Assembly: GCF_001194135.2 (NCBI RefSeq)
Contig: NC_068987.1
Span: 96,332,173-96,375,786, forward strand
Source of the DNA: Octopus bimaculoides
Lineage: Eukaryota
Length of the DNA stretch: 43,614 bases
Reading direction: 5' to 3'
The notes under the pieces were generated by a model, which had not been told where the DNA came from, did no database searches, and saw only the letters and a program-made list of their open reading frames with translations. The position numbers and the translations under genes are program-made. Below are positions 1 to 11,882 of the stretch, piece after piece. Within the stretch, counting starts at the first letter, position 1. Each line of letters opens with the position of its first letter.

Positions 1-342
1 AGCGTGGCCGTTGCCAGTACCGCCTGACTGGCCTTCATAGGATTTTCGAGCGAGACCGTTGCCAGTGCCGCTGGACTGGCTCTTGTGCGGGTGGCACATA
101 AAAAACACCATTTTGAGCATGGCCGTTGCCAGTACCGCCTGACTGGCCCTCGTGCAGGTGACACGTAAAAGCACCCACTACACTCTCGGAGTGGTTGGCG
201 TTAGGAAGGGCATCCAGCTGTAGAAACTCTGCCAAATTAGATTGGAGCCTGGTGTTGCCATCCGGTTTCACCAGTCCTCAGTCAAATCGTCCAACCCATA
301 CCAGCATGGAAAGCGGACGTTAAACGCTGATGATGATGATGA
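1..342 (+). mobile_element. Repeat family B (RTE-type tail with (GAT)n), truncated by window start
   Basis: aaaagcacccactacactctcggagtggttggcgttaggaagggcatccagctgtagaaac...tcgtccaacccataccagcatggaaagcggacgttaaacgctgatgatg. Internal near-tandem repeat of gccgttgccagtaccgcctgactggc (3 copies, 1-150). Confidence 0.8.
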
Positions 343-679
343 TATACATACATATAAATATATATGTATATGTATATATATATACATATATATATATATG
401 AATGTCTTAAATATATTTTTTTAAGGCCAATACAATGCAAGTTACAAAAAAAATTATTTACACAGGTTTTGTGGTTAGTACTGTTAGCTGGTATTTCAAA
501 ATATTTCAGAGTGAGGACCTCTTTTTCAGGAAATTTATAGCGAAAAGGTGTTGATGGCTGATTTTTTTGCTCTATAGTGTGCATGTATGATTGACAGACT
601 CAAACAAGACCCAAGGCATTTGGAAATTTTCTTCCATAACAATTCTTTTAATGTTTAAGAAAACTAAAATAAAAAATTT

Positions 680-718
<39 letters not shown>

Positions 719-860
719 AAATTAAAGAAATATTATATAGTATATCATACATTATATGATATACACAAAGCAAACACACCTGTGTGATAAGAAGTTTGCT
801 TTCCAACCACATGGTATCCACACACGCATGCACGCACATGCACACACACACACATGCACC

Positions 861-912
<52 letters not shown>

Positions 913-913
913 T
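861..913. repeat. (CAT)n microsatellite
   Basis: Read directly; it produces the poly-D/S/H pseudo-ORFs. Confidence 0.95.
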
Positions 914-1039
914 CAACAGCCATTTTCTCTGTTGGCATAGGCAGGCTGGTTCAACAGGAATTGGTGAACCTGAAAACTGCACCAAACTGCAACCCAGTAC
1001 TACCCTGGTTGCTATGCTTTCAGAGCAACCACTTCTCTA

Positions 1040-1500
1040 ATTAATCACATCTCCTAGGTAACAAAAGCCATCAAATACTACAAGCCGGCCACCTGGAACC
1101 TTAAAAGAACCTATCTGCAGTGTAATCATAATACATCTAGTACATCTATCTCATACAAAGCTCAATTTCATTGTTAGTTTGTCAGTGACTTCAATATACA
1201 TCTTTTGTGTCCATAGCTTACAATGAATACATCATATGCAGCTTATACCTACTCATTTTTTACATATCAATCAAGGGAGTTCCCCAAGGATACCAGGGTG
1301 GGTCTTGTCTTTTTCTTACTTATTAAAACTTTCATCTTTGCTAAGTTTACCTTAAGATCTCTTAATTCTAGGTTTAACTTCCATACCTGGAATTTCATCT
1401 CCAGTTCTCCTATAGCTTCAGTTATGAGGACTGTGCTAGTTTGTTGTGTGTAACAGATACAAGTCAAAACATCTATAAGAGCTATGTGGACTTATTTGTG
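1040..1500 (-). mobile_element. RTE-clade LINE RT fragment, degenerate
   Basis: VLITEAIGELEMKFQVWKLNLELRDLKVNLAKMKVLISK follows a decayed LLYADD-like motif; further on, RLVVFDGFCYLGDVIN. Confidence 0.75.
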
Positions 1501-1699
1501 GTTGCTGTTACTTAGTAGGACATGTGTTTTGATGCATAATGTCAGTATTATTACTGTAATCACAAGGTAGAACATCTTGCAAACAGGGAAGATTATCAGA
1601 AGAGTTTTGAGCACTTGATGGTTTATTGAAATCCTGTGAATATCTAACATTACAGGTAGTAACACACTACCTACATAAATTCTACCAGGAATAAGTTCA

Positions 1700-2275
1700 G
1701 TTGTGAGTCAAGATGATGATAGAAGATGAAAATATCAATCATACCTTGAGTGAGTGCAGTATACTAGAACGAAAAGAGTATATGCACAGGTATGACTGTG
1801 TAGATAAATGAGTGCATTGGGATGTTAGCTGAGTGTGTGGCTTCAAAATAACAGGGAAGTGGTATAAAGACAAACCAGAGGCTCTGATAGATAATGAGAA
1901 TTACAGAGTCTTATGGGACTTCCCCATGAAGATTGACAATACTATTAAAGCAAGATGATTAGATATGATTATAGAAGACAAAATAAACAGTGTAAGATCA
2001 GAGACTTTGCAATTCTCTATGATAGCAGAGTTGATACCAAAGAGATTGAAAAAATTGAGAAATATTAGGAGTTTGTGAGAGAGTTGAAGAGACTGTAAAA
2101 GACTAAAACAACTATTATTCTTGTGATAATTGGTGCACTTGGCGCAACATCCAAAATGGAAGATAATGGAATTGAAACTTGCACTGGTGACCTACAGAAA
2201 AGGACCATCCTGTATTCTGCAAAAACCCCAAGAAAAATTCTTGAGATTTGAGACTTGTTGAGACCAAACCTCAAA
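1700..2275 (+). mobile_element. Dong/R4-type (RLE endonuclease) non-LTR retrotransposon 3' fragment, degenerate
   Basis: Manual translation with stops/frameshifts: KPEALIDNENYRVLWDFP...DMIIEDK...DFAILYDSRVDTKEIEKIEKY...ELKRL...IIGALGA...LQKRTILYSAK, a typical RLE C-terminus. Confidence 0.85.
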
Positions 2276-3049
2276 ATAAAAATAATTCCTCTGATTAAAT
2301 TAGTACAACTGGTATTTATTTATTTATTGAACAGGAGTAGCTAAATGGCACAATCAACCTCACCAGCATTTGAACTCAAAATGCAAAGTTGGTAGAAATG
2401 TCGCAAAGTGTCCATGTATATTCATACATTTGCAAAAGATATATACATGCCTGTATAATGGAATCCACTTGTAAAGATCACTTTGGAACGAAGAGTTCTT
2501 GATAACGAAAACAAGCTGATAACATTAAAGAAATAAACATTTAGGGACCAAGTACTTTTGATAACAATATCTGGTTGATAACATTATTTGTTATAACAAG
2601 TGCATTTCACTGTAAATACATTCATAACATACTAGCAGAGATACCCGAGTTTCCTCAACATTAAAATGGCATACATTTTTATTGTTTTACTTCTTTCAGT
2701 CATGTGACTGTGGCCATGCTGGAGTCCAGCCATTGGTTGAACAAATCGACCAAAGAATTTATTTTTGTAAGTCTTGTACTTATTCCATCAGTGTCTTTTG
2801 CCAGACCACTAGGTTATAGGAATGTAAACACAGCAACATCAGCTGTCAAGCAATGGTGGAGGTACAAACACAGACATACACACAAATATACACATATATA
2901 GGACAGTCTTCTTTCAGTTTCTGCTTACAAAATGCATTCACAAAACTTTGGTCGGCCTGAGGCAATAATATAAATATGACAAATGATTGAGACTTTTGAC
3001 AGTTTGCTGTACTTGAGAAGACTTGTTAAGCCAAGTGAAAACATAATTG

Positions 3050-3492
3050 TGGACAGTGCTGGTAATACGTAAAAGGCACCTGTGCCGGTGACATGTAAAA
3101 GGCACCCAGCATGCTCTGTGGGGTGTTTGATGTTAGGAAGGGCATCCAGCCATAGAAACCAAGCCAAAATCAGACTGGAACNNNNNNNNNNNNNNNNNNN
3201 NNNNNNNNNNNNNNNNNNNNNNNNNNNNNNNNNNNNNNNNNNNNNNNNNNNNNNNNNNNNNNNNNNNNNNNNNNNNNNNNNNNNNNNNNNNNNNNNNNNN
3301 NNNNNNNNNNNNNNNNNNNNNNNNNNNNNNNNNNNNNNNNNNNNATATTGAATGATGTTAGGAAGGATATCAAGCCATAAACATTGTGCCAAACTGACAG
3401 TGGAGCTTGGTGCAGTACTCTGGCTTGCTAGCTCATGTCAGCCATCTGACCCATACCAGTATGAACATCAGATGTTAAATAATGATGATGAT
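3050..3492 (+). mobile_element. Repeat family B copies on both sides of an N-gap
   Basis: aaaaggcacc...ttaggaagggcatccagccatagaaac before the gap, and gttaggaaggatatc...acccataccagtatg...gatgatgatg after it. Confidence 0.6.
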
Positions 3493-6299
3493 GTGTGTGT
3501 TCTCTCTTGAATTAGTCTCTTTATTATTGTTTCTTTTATTAGTTCCTACTATGACTGGCTCTCTTCCATTCCTCCTAGTTCTACCTCTTCCATTTCTTCT
3601 TCCTCTACCATCCTGCCACTCCAATTCACATCCTCACTTCTTTTAACCTTTCACCCTAATTCATCTGTCACCAGCCTCTCTTCCATTCACCTTCATGGTT
3701 ATGTTGCTCTGAATGAATGAAAACAAGATAGACTAGTCAAGTCTCTTTAGTATTGCTGGGCACAAGGCAACTTGACTAGTGATGGTGTCATGATAAAGTT
3801 CATACAGTACACTCAGTAAAGTGGCTAACAACAGAATGATGACATTGTATAGTCAAGAGCAGCTGTTTGTCTTGTTGAAGACATGACAATCTCTCTGATG
3901 CTGATACCACAATATGTATCCAGTACACATTGTAAGCTAGTTAGAAAAAGCATCTAGCCATAAACACCAAGCTAAAAATGGAAACTACAAGCAAGACATG
4001 GGACCTCTGACCTACCAAGGGCAGTAACTTCAAATAATAACAAACTTGGGCCATGACAACCTGTCTAATTGATTTCAGTATAGAAAACATATGTAAAGTA
4101 ACAATAATGATGACAACTGCTACCTGGACAAGTCATTAAAACCATTTAAGCATACATAGAGCTGTTATTTTCAGTATCGTTTATTTTTTTAATAATGTAG
4201 TTAACTATGAAATATCAAACGGTCTCAGTGTGCTTCTGTGACCTGACCACTGACACAGTACCACCACCACCACCACCACAAGTGTTGAAAATCAGTTATG
4301 GCCAGCTTTCATAAACCTCAGTTTTTTATTTCTCTTTTGTTTCATTTTAAGCATTAAAGTGATTAATGTCTTTAATGGCAGTTTGATGAACAAAGTAATT
4401 CATTTATGGTTTTGGTTAGTTGTGTTTTGTTAATTTTGGAGTTGTATTACTGTTGTTATAGCTTTCAAATAAAATTCCTAATTGTTTTCTTTCTCTTTCC
4501 CTCCCCTACTTGCCATTTTTTAAATATTTTGATTTTTTTAGTTTCTATTATCATTGTTATTATTATTAGTAATTCTATCTCATATTAAAGGGTGAAGAGT
4601 TGGAGATGTCATTCCTCATAATAAACTACCCCCTAGTAAGTTTATAATGTATGCCTATCACATAAGTAATATACTCTTGGATAATTACTATGTTACTTGC
4701 AAAACATTAAAAAAGAAACTTGATATTTGCATATAAAATATGTGTAACTGATCAAGATGGAGAATATCTGCAAACATGGGAAATATTGCTGTGACAGCTT
4801 TCAGACTAAGCATTAAATCAAGGTTCATACTTTTTTATGCAAACTGTTTCAGTTACTTGTCATAGCATTTTTGCATAGGGATGTATACATATGATATCTA
4901 CATTGAGTCTAGTGATTGAACCATCATGTTTATCTAATGCATGCTAGTAAAATACAGATAAAGGTTTCTTTACAGTATATGCTCAACAAACCTTTCCCAT
5001 ATAAGCTGAAATATCTTCCCTGCATAATATTTAAAGATTTTAGTATACAAATTTTCTTTGTACATTATATAATATAATTTATTTCTTAGTTTGCAATAGT
5101 AAAGATTCATAGCTCCAAATATGCCATACCACCATTTAGTCATGGGCCATACAGTACATTGTTGGCATGTGGTGGTTAATTTTATTTAGTGCAATATTAC
5201 AGACAGAACATGTACTTTCTCCACTGATATATATATGTGTATACATACACATACGTGTGTATATATGTATGCATATGTATCTGTGTCTCCTTATCATGAC
5301 ATCACATGATAAGTGAGTCTCCCCATCATACATCTTCATCAAAAATATGCCAAGTTTTGGGAAAATATTACTTTACTTGGAAGCAGGTGAGGGTTGGCAA
5401 CAAAAGGAAACCAACCATAGAAAATTTGCTTCAACGGATTCTGTCTGATCCATGCAAGCATGGAAAAGTGGACATTAAAATGGTGATAATGTTGATAATA
5501 ATGTCTTCTACGTATGCTGTGGATGCACAGAAATTCTTATGCAATTCTTTGCATTTTTGGTTTCTCTACACATTGTATGTCTATGTAGTTGAGTCTGACG
5601 TTTAAGTGTAATTAGTGTTCTCTTGAGAGAATGATGGCAGTATCTTCATAGATGAAGATCATGAAGAGTGACATGCACTCAAGTGGCTATGTAAATAGAT
5701 CCTTGATGCTACGGAGCATTTCTTCCTGCCTGCACTTAGAAGTTTTAAAGTGGGAGTCAGTCGGTACAGTCCAATCCCTTTCGGAGGTCTGATAAAAGTG
5801 GCTTACTGAACTAAGATGGCTGCTGTGACCAGTAAGCTATAGGTTTTACACAAACCTGGGCACTAAACCGTTAGTCCATTAATTGCTAATTAATGAAGTT
5901 AATATTTTCATTAATGATTTAACTTTTAAGTTAAATTTGGAAATAATTATTGGATTAATTAACTTCCATTAACTCAGGTCCACTAACCCCAAAATTTCAT
6001 AAAAACTGGAAAACATTTAAAAGTTTCTATTATTTTTAGATTTTTAATACACATGTAGAGCCTTAGCATATTTGATATAGTGCTATTAAATTTCGAATTG
6101 TGAGTTCAAAACGATATTTTATGTATTTGATATTTAAGCATTTTCTGTTTATGGATCATATAAATTTAACACACTCACTGGTCCGATTTCCACTCATTTA
6201 CTTATTTATTTTTACTAAAATTTTCATTGTGCCTTGCAAACTTTTCAGTAGTCATTGACTCTGTCTGTTATCAGAACTACGTTCTTTTTCTTTGGTTTG

Positions 6300-6572
6300 T
6301 TTGTGTGCACGAGTGTCCGTTAGTGTGCGTGCACATACATATATGTATGTGTGTGTATGTATGTATATATGTATGTTATGTGTGTATGTATGTGTATGTA
6401 TATATGCATTTATGTATGCATGTGTGCACGTTTGTATGTATGTACTCTGCATGTATGTAGTGTGTGTATATATATACATATATATATGTATGCATGTGTA
6501 CACATTTGAATGTATGTATGTATCTATTCTGCATATTCTTGTGCTTGTGTGTTTATGTTTGTGTTCATGTTT

Positions 6573-6604
<32 letters not shown>

Positions 6605-6617
6605 TTGTGTGTGTTTA

Positions 6618-6658
<41 letters not shown>

Positions 6659-6730
6659 ACCTCTGTCTCCTCGTGTGTGCATGTTTGTGTATGTGTTTGT
6701 GTATGAGTTTGTGTGACTATGTATGTGCAT
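6300..6730. repeat. Degenerate (TG/TA)n microsatellite tract
   Basis: Read directly from the sequence. Confidence 0.9.
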
Positions 6731-7179
6731 CTGTTAAAAATAGCAACCAATCTTGCCTTAAATCACATTCAACCATCTTTAAAAAGTAAGGCTCTATTGC
6801 ATAATGTAGTCTAGCAGAGGATGTCTCTAAAGAGGATCACTGACTTGCTAGAAATAGCAACCATATCTCATTCAAATAACGCCTTACAATCTGAAAAAAA
6901 ATGAAGTATGTATTGGGTAATGTAGTCTTAAATGCACTATGTCAAAAAAAAAAAAAACGACAGGATGTTCATATGTTGAATACTTTTGATCATAGACTTG
7001 ATACAGAGTAAAGTTAGGGCATAACAACAACCACAACAATAACAACAACCTCAGTGCAGACAACCAGTGAGATACCCATTCTTTTTATCTGCTAGAAATA
7101 GCAGCAAAGTTCCCTCAGATTATGTCACTTCCATATTAACAATCTTTTGTTAATATGAGAAGTCAGTATCTGCTTTCTT

Positions 7180-7409
7180 ATTTCTTTATTGCCCACAAGG
7201 GGCTAAACATAGAGGGGACAAACAAGGACAGACAAAGGGATTAAATCGATTACATCGACACCAGTGCATAACTGGTACTTAATTAATCGACCTCGAAAGG
7301 ATGAAAGGTAAAGTCGACCACGGCGGAATTTGAACTCAGAATGTAAAGGCAGATGAAATACCGCTAAGCATTTCGCCCAGCGTGCTAATGTTTCTGCCAG
7401 TTCGCCACC
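7180..7409 (-). mobile_element. SINE family A1 copy
   Basis: Reverse complement of the 8037-8267 element over its whole length. Confidence 0.85.
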
Positions 7410-7560
7410 TAGTCAGTATATGCTTTCTACCCACATGATTTTAGGTTCAGCTCCACTGCATAGCATCTTGAGTAAGTATCTTTTACTATAGCCACAGACC
7501 AATCAAAGCCTTGAGAGTTGATTTGCTTGATGGAAACTGAAAGAAGTATGTGCATGTGTG

Positions 7561-7604
<44 letters not shown>

Positions 7605-8036
7605 CATGCTGGGTGGTTGGTGTTAGGAAAGCATCCAGCCATAAAAACCATGCCAAAACAGACACAGAAGTCTGGTATGGGCCTCAGCCTGACCGGCTCC
7701 CGTCAAACTATCCAACCCATGCCAGCATGGAAGGCGGACATTAGACAATGAGGATGATGATGATGACATTGTGTGTTTGGTGTGTGAACATGGGTGTATG
7801 CATGTTTGTTGTCTTCTTGTCTTAGCTTAACATGATTATTACAAATGAATGTTGCTGTCATACAAGTCATGTTATTCATTTTCAATATTCTATAAAAACA
7901 TTTTTTTATTTCAAAACATTGAAGACAATCAAGTATAATAAATTATGTTTTATGTCCACAACAGCACAAAGGAAGCAGTTTGAACTAGTAACCTTTTTTT
8001 CACTAATGGTGACTGGTGTTTTATATACCTAATTCT

Positions 8037-8267
8037 GGCGGTGAGCTGGCAGAAACGTTAGCGAGCCGGGCGAGATGCTTAGCGGTATTTCGTCTGCCGT
8101 TACGTTCTGAGTTCAAATTCCGCTGAGGTCGACTTTGCCTTTCATCCTTTCGGGGTCGATAGATAAAGTACCAGTTATGCACTGGGGTCGATGTAATCGA
8201 CTTAATCCCTTTGTCTGTCCTTGTCTGTCCCTTCTATGTTTAGCCCCTTGTGGGCAGTAAAGAAATA
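8037..8267 (+). mobile_element. tRNA-derived SINE family A (subtype A1), full-length with TSD
   Basis: Head ggcggtgagctggcagaaacgttagc...gagttcaaattcc, core ctttgcctttcatcctttcggggtcgat. TSD tatatacctaattct(g) at 8022-8037 and 8268-8283. Confidence 0.85.
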
Positions 8268-8751
8268 TATATACCTAATTCTGTCTTCTTTTATACTTGG
8301 TAAGACTTGAGACAATAAGGTTTATATATAACCATTTCTTAAAAGGTTGCATGGCTTAGAGTTAAGGGCCTTGCTTAAGGGCCAACAGCACAGTGACTGG
8401 GGTCCAACATGTAAGGAGTGAAAGATGTTTGATACATCTCAGCCATAAGCTACTATCACATAAATAACAAACAAAACCCTGAGATCTTGGCTCAAGGGAA
8501 ATATTACTTTGCTTGGAAATAGGTAAGGGTTTGTAAAGGAATGGCATCTGGCCATAGAAAATCTGCTTCAGTAAACTCCATTCGATGTATGCATGCATAG
8601 ACATTAAAACAATGGTGATGATGATGATGATATACAAAATGACATGACAGTCATGTTTGGAACATCTTTGGTTATGATGGCTACAACAGAAATGGGCAAG
8701 GTAAGAACTTAATATTCTTCTCTATAATTAATGGGTGTCATGTGAATCATA

Positions 8752-9100
8752 GGGTAAAAGGATAAAGACCCCCTTCAATCATGAATGACCATGGGATTGT
8801 ACCTAGAAAGTTACCCTCCAAAGCACAAGTCCAGGCAAGGTTGTTTATGGAGGACCAGCAGTCGCCCATGCATACCAGCCCTTCCTTTCCACGCCACCGA
8901 TCTTATCCGAGGGAAAGGCAAAGGGGCCAATACAGCTTGGCACCGGTGACATCACAACTCATTTCTACAGCTGAATGAAATGGAGCAACATGAAATAAAG
9001 TGTCTTGCTCAAGAACACAACACACACTGTGACTCGGAATTGAACTCACTACCTCATGATTGTGAGTCCAATGCTCTAAACACTGGAACCATGTGTCTTC
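8752..9100 (-). mobile_element. SINE family E copy
   Basis: Reverse complement of 34983-35303 over its whole length. Confidence 0.8.
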
Positions 9101-9371
9101 ACCAAGTGCATTATAGATCTGTGTTTAATGTTCATCATACTATTGATACGTATACAACTTTGAGGTGTATGTCTTTAGATGGTTGTTGTTGTTGTCACCA
9201 CTGCTCTCACCATCATTATTATTGTCATCATTGTCGTTGTCAATATCATCATTGTTGTTATTTTAACATTCACTTTTCCATGCTTGCACTGCTTGGGCAA
9301 AGCTTATGAGGTAGATTTTTCTACAGCTAGATGCCTTTCCTGTCACCAACCCTTACTAATATTTCTCCATG

Positions 9372-9570
9372 GCTAAGGCAATGAGCTTAACTGCATTTTG
9401 TCCATCTTCACGTTCTGAGTTCAAACTTTGCCAAGGTCGATTTTGCCTTTCATCCCTTTTAGAGCCCATAAAATAAGTACCAGTCAAGTACTGGGGTTGA
9501 TGTAATCAATTTCCCTGTACCCCCATCCCCACCCCTAAAAATTACTGGCCTCGTGTCAAAATTTGAAATC
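9372..9570 (+). mobile_element. SINE A2 partial copy
   Basis: ttctgagttcaaactttgccaaggtcgattttgcctttcatcc...aagtaccag...ggcctcgtgtc. Confidence 0.65.
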
Positions 9571-10059
9571 AATATTTCTCCATGATTAGACATGTTCTCA
9601 CAGGATATAAAAATATTATATTTATTAGAATATTAGAAATGAATGACACTGCTTGTACGACTGACAATCATTTACAACTGTCACACAATGCCAAGACAAA
9701 GGGACACAAACATACAGACATGCAACCACACACACATACATGTACGCGCGAGCGCACACACACACACACACACACACAATAAAATCATACAAAATGCAAA
9801 TCCTTAATTCATACACTACAAATGATTATGATATCTGGGTCTATATAAATCTGCAAGACCTTAAGATTTAAAGGAGGATAAACAACACAAGATACTTTCC
9901 TTCAAAACTTCGTTACTAAGTTGGTGGCTGGTCAAAATTTACTCTAAATTAAAACAAGAAAGAGAAAACATACTTACATACAGACATACATACATACATT
10001 CATGCATATATACATACATATATACATACATTCGTGCGTGCGTGCATGCATACATACAC

Positions 10060-10222
10060 ACATTGGGCTTCTTTCAGTTTCTGTCAACCAAATCCACTCA
10101 TAAGGCTTTCATTAGCCTGAGGCTATAGTAGAGGACACTTGCCCAAAGGTGCCATGTACTGGGACTGAACTTGAGACTATGTGGTTGGGAAGCAAACTTC
10201 TTAACAACACAGCCATGCCTAT
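10060..10222 (-). mobile_element. SINE family C head
   Basis: gggcttctttcagtttc...ggctatagtagaggacacttgcccaaaggtgcc...gggactgaac...gggaagcaaacttctta...cacagccatgcc. Homologous copies at 31330-31478, 35893-36040, 7460-7550, 2900-2965 and 18700-18790. Confidence 0.75.
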
Positions 10223-10371
10223 GTCTATCCTAGAATAGATGGCATCCATAGGATAGATTGAAAGTAATATTTTAAAAACACGGAGTAAATGACAGATACA
10301 CCCACAACACAGATGCATGAAGAGAACTGTTTAGTCAAATGAAAAGAAGTGAGAGAGACAGAGCAAGAGCA

Positions 10372-10374
10372 AGA

Positions 10375-10433
<59 letters not shown>
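10372..10433. repeat. (GA)n microsatellite near the SLC15 exon donor
   Basis: Read directly from the sequence. Confidence 0.95.
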
Positions 10434-10437
<4 letters not shown>

Positions 10438-10464
10438 TGAAAAATGTAAAATAGTCAAACTCAC

Positions 10465-10693
10465 CAGAAAAAATTTGGACAATGTAACTGGATATAGAAT
10501 TATCATACTTTAGCCTGTTTTTAGCAAACAAGACCAAGTTTGCGGTAATACTGTAATAGGTGAGTCTTTCACATAATTCCATTATCAAAATACATATCAC
10601 CGACAGCAATATTATTTTGTTAGACCGATTTTCTTTTTCCTCAGAAGGAGACTCTTCACTTTCAAGTGGTATGATCTTGATAGATTTCTTCAT
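10465..10693 (-). CDS. Proton-coupled oligopeptide transporter (POT/SLC15A4-like), N-terminal coding exon
   Basis: MKKS...SVICILIMELCERLTYYSITANLVLFAKNRLKYDNSISSYIVQIFSG contains the POT TM1 ExxER(F/L)xYY motif. Donor GTGAGT from 10464 (phase 1). ATG at 10693; possible acceptor ttgtgtAG at 10711-10710, so the true start could lie upstream. Confidence 0.85.
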
Positions 10694-11521
10694 TCTATTA
10701 TCCCTATTTCTACACAAACTGATGTACTAAATAAGTTTAACAAAGAACTAGAAAAATGGTAAATAAAAAAAAATATCAAAATTAAAATTCTTTAAAGCAT
10801 ACAATTTAGTTTTACTTTTTAAATTTTTGTCTATTTTGTTAATGTACTATTAGTGTAGTTTCTATCGTTATATTTTAATGTTATTGCTAGTGTCATTAAC
10901 GTATTAATTAGTGTTGTTATTATTGTTATCCATTAATGTTGTAATTGTTTTGCATCTTTTCTTTTTCTTTTTGATGTTTCTGTTTGTTCTTCTTTAGACT
11001 TTTTTTCCCATTCTTTCTTCTTCCATTTACTTTAGATAATTCTCCTGGTGACCTGTTGTTGCTGTGGTAGTGGCAATAATGGTGGAGGTGGTGATTGTAG
11101 TGGCAGTGGTGTGGAGATAGGCAACAAGAGATAACACTCAGACAAAGAGGACTGAGAAATAATAAGAGAATGAATTTTAAAAAAATGGAGAGTAAGTTAG
11201 ATTTAGAGAGAGGAAGATTCACATTCAGAGAGAGAGAGAGAGCAAACACTAGAAAGACAGAGAGAAAGAGAGGGGGAGAGGGAGAGAGAAAAAGAGAGGT
11301 GGAGAGAGAAGGAGAGAGAAAAAGAGAGGTGTTGAAAAAGGGGTGGCCTTTGTTCAGTTTGAAGATTGTATGCGATAGTCCACAATAATTGAGGTAAAAA
11401 GACAGGTAGAAATATGCAAATAGATAGATAGGCCAATGGTCTGCTTACATGATTTATTTATTCAACATATATATATATATATATACCTACCCTACACACG
11501 TACACACTCACATATGGATAT

Positions 11522-11522
11522 A

Positions 11523-11557
<35 letters not shown>

Positions 11558-11733
11558 CTTTACATATACATATATATTTGTGTGTGTGTATGTATGTAGA
11601 TAGATAGATAGATAGATAGGTAGGTAGGTAGGTAGGCAGGTAGGTAGGTAGGTATTGGGTGGGTAGACAGGTGGGTGAGGTATAGGTAGGTAGGTAAGTA
11701 GGTAAGTAGGTAGGTTGATAGATAGATAGATAA

Positions 11734-11786
<53 letters not shown>

Positions 11787-11791
11787 CAGAC

Positions 11792-11842
<51 letters not shown>

Positions 11843-11847
11843 CAGAC

Positions 11848-11881
<34 letters not shown>

Positions 11882-11882
11882 G
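11522..11882. repeat. Compound microsatellite (TG)n-(TAGA)n-(TAGG)n-(GATA)n
   Basis: Read directly from the sequence. Confidence 0.95.

Noticed and set aside
282-584. 100-aa minus-strand ORF (HTIEQKNQPSTPFRYKFPEKE...) as a possible SLC15 exon
   Set aside because: No POT-family motif recognised, no convincing splice sites, and its 3' part runs into a TA microsatellite.
752-1044. Poly-D/poly-S/poly-H ORFs
   Set aside because: Translations of (CAT)n and (CA)n microsatellites within SINE remnants.
5750-6200. Possible DNA transposon/MITE in an AT-rich block
   Set aside because: Could not establish convincing TIRs or a TSD by eye.
6227-6789. Several overlapping CV/HT-rich ORFs
   Set aside because: Artefacts of (TG)n/(TA)n repeats.
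8650-8706. Plus-strand AAG|GTAAGA donor-like site with a short open frame
   Set aside because: No acceptor or protein similarity; such sites are expected by chance.
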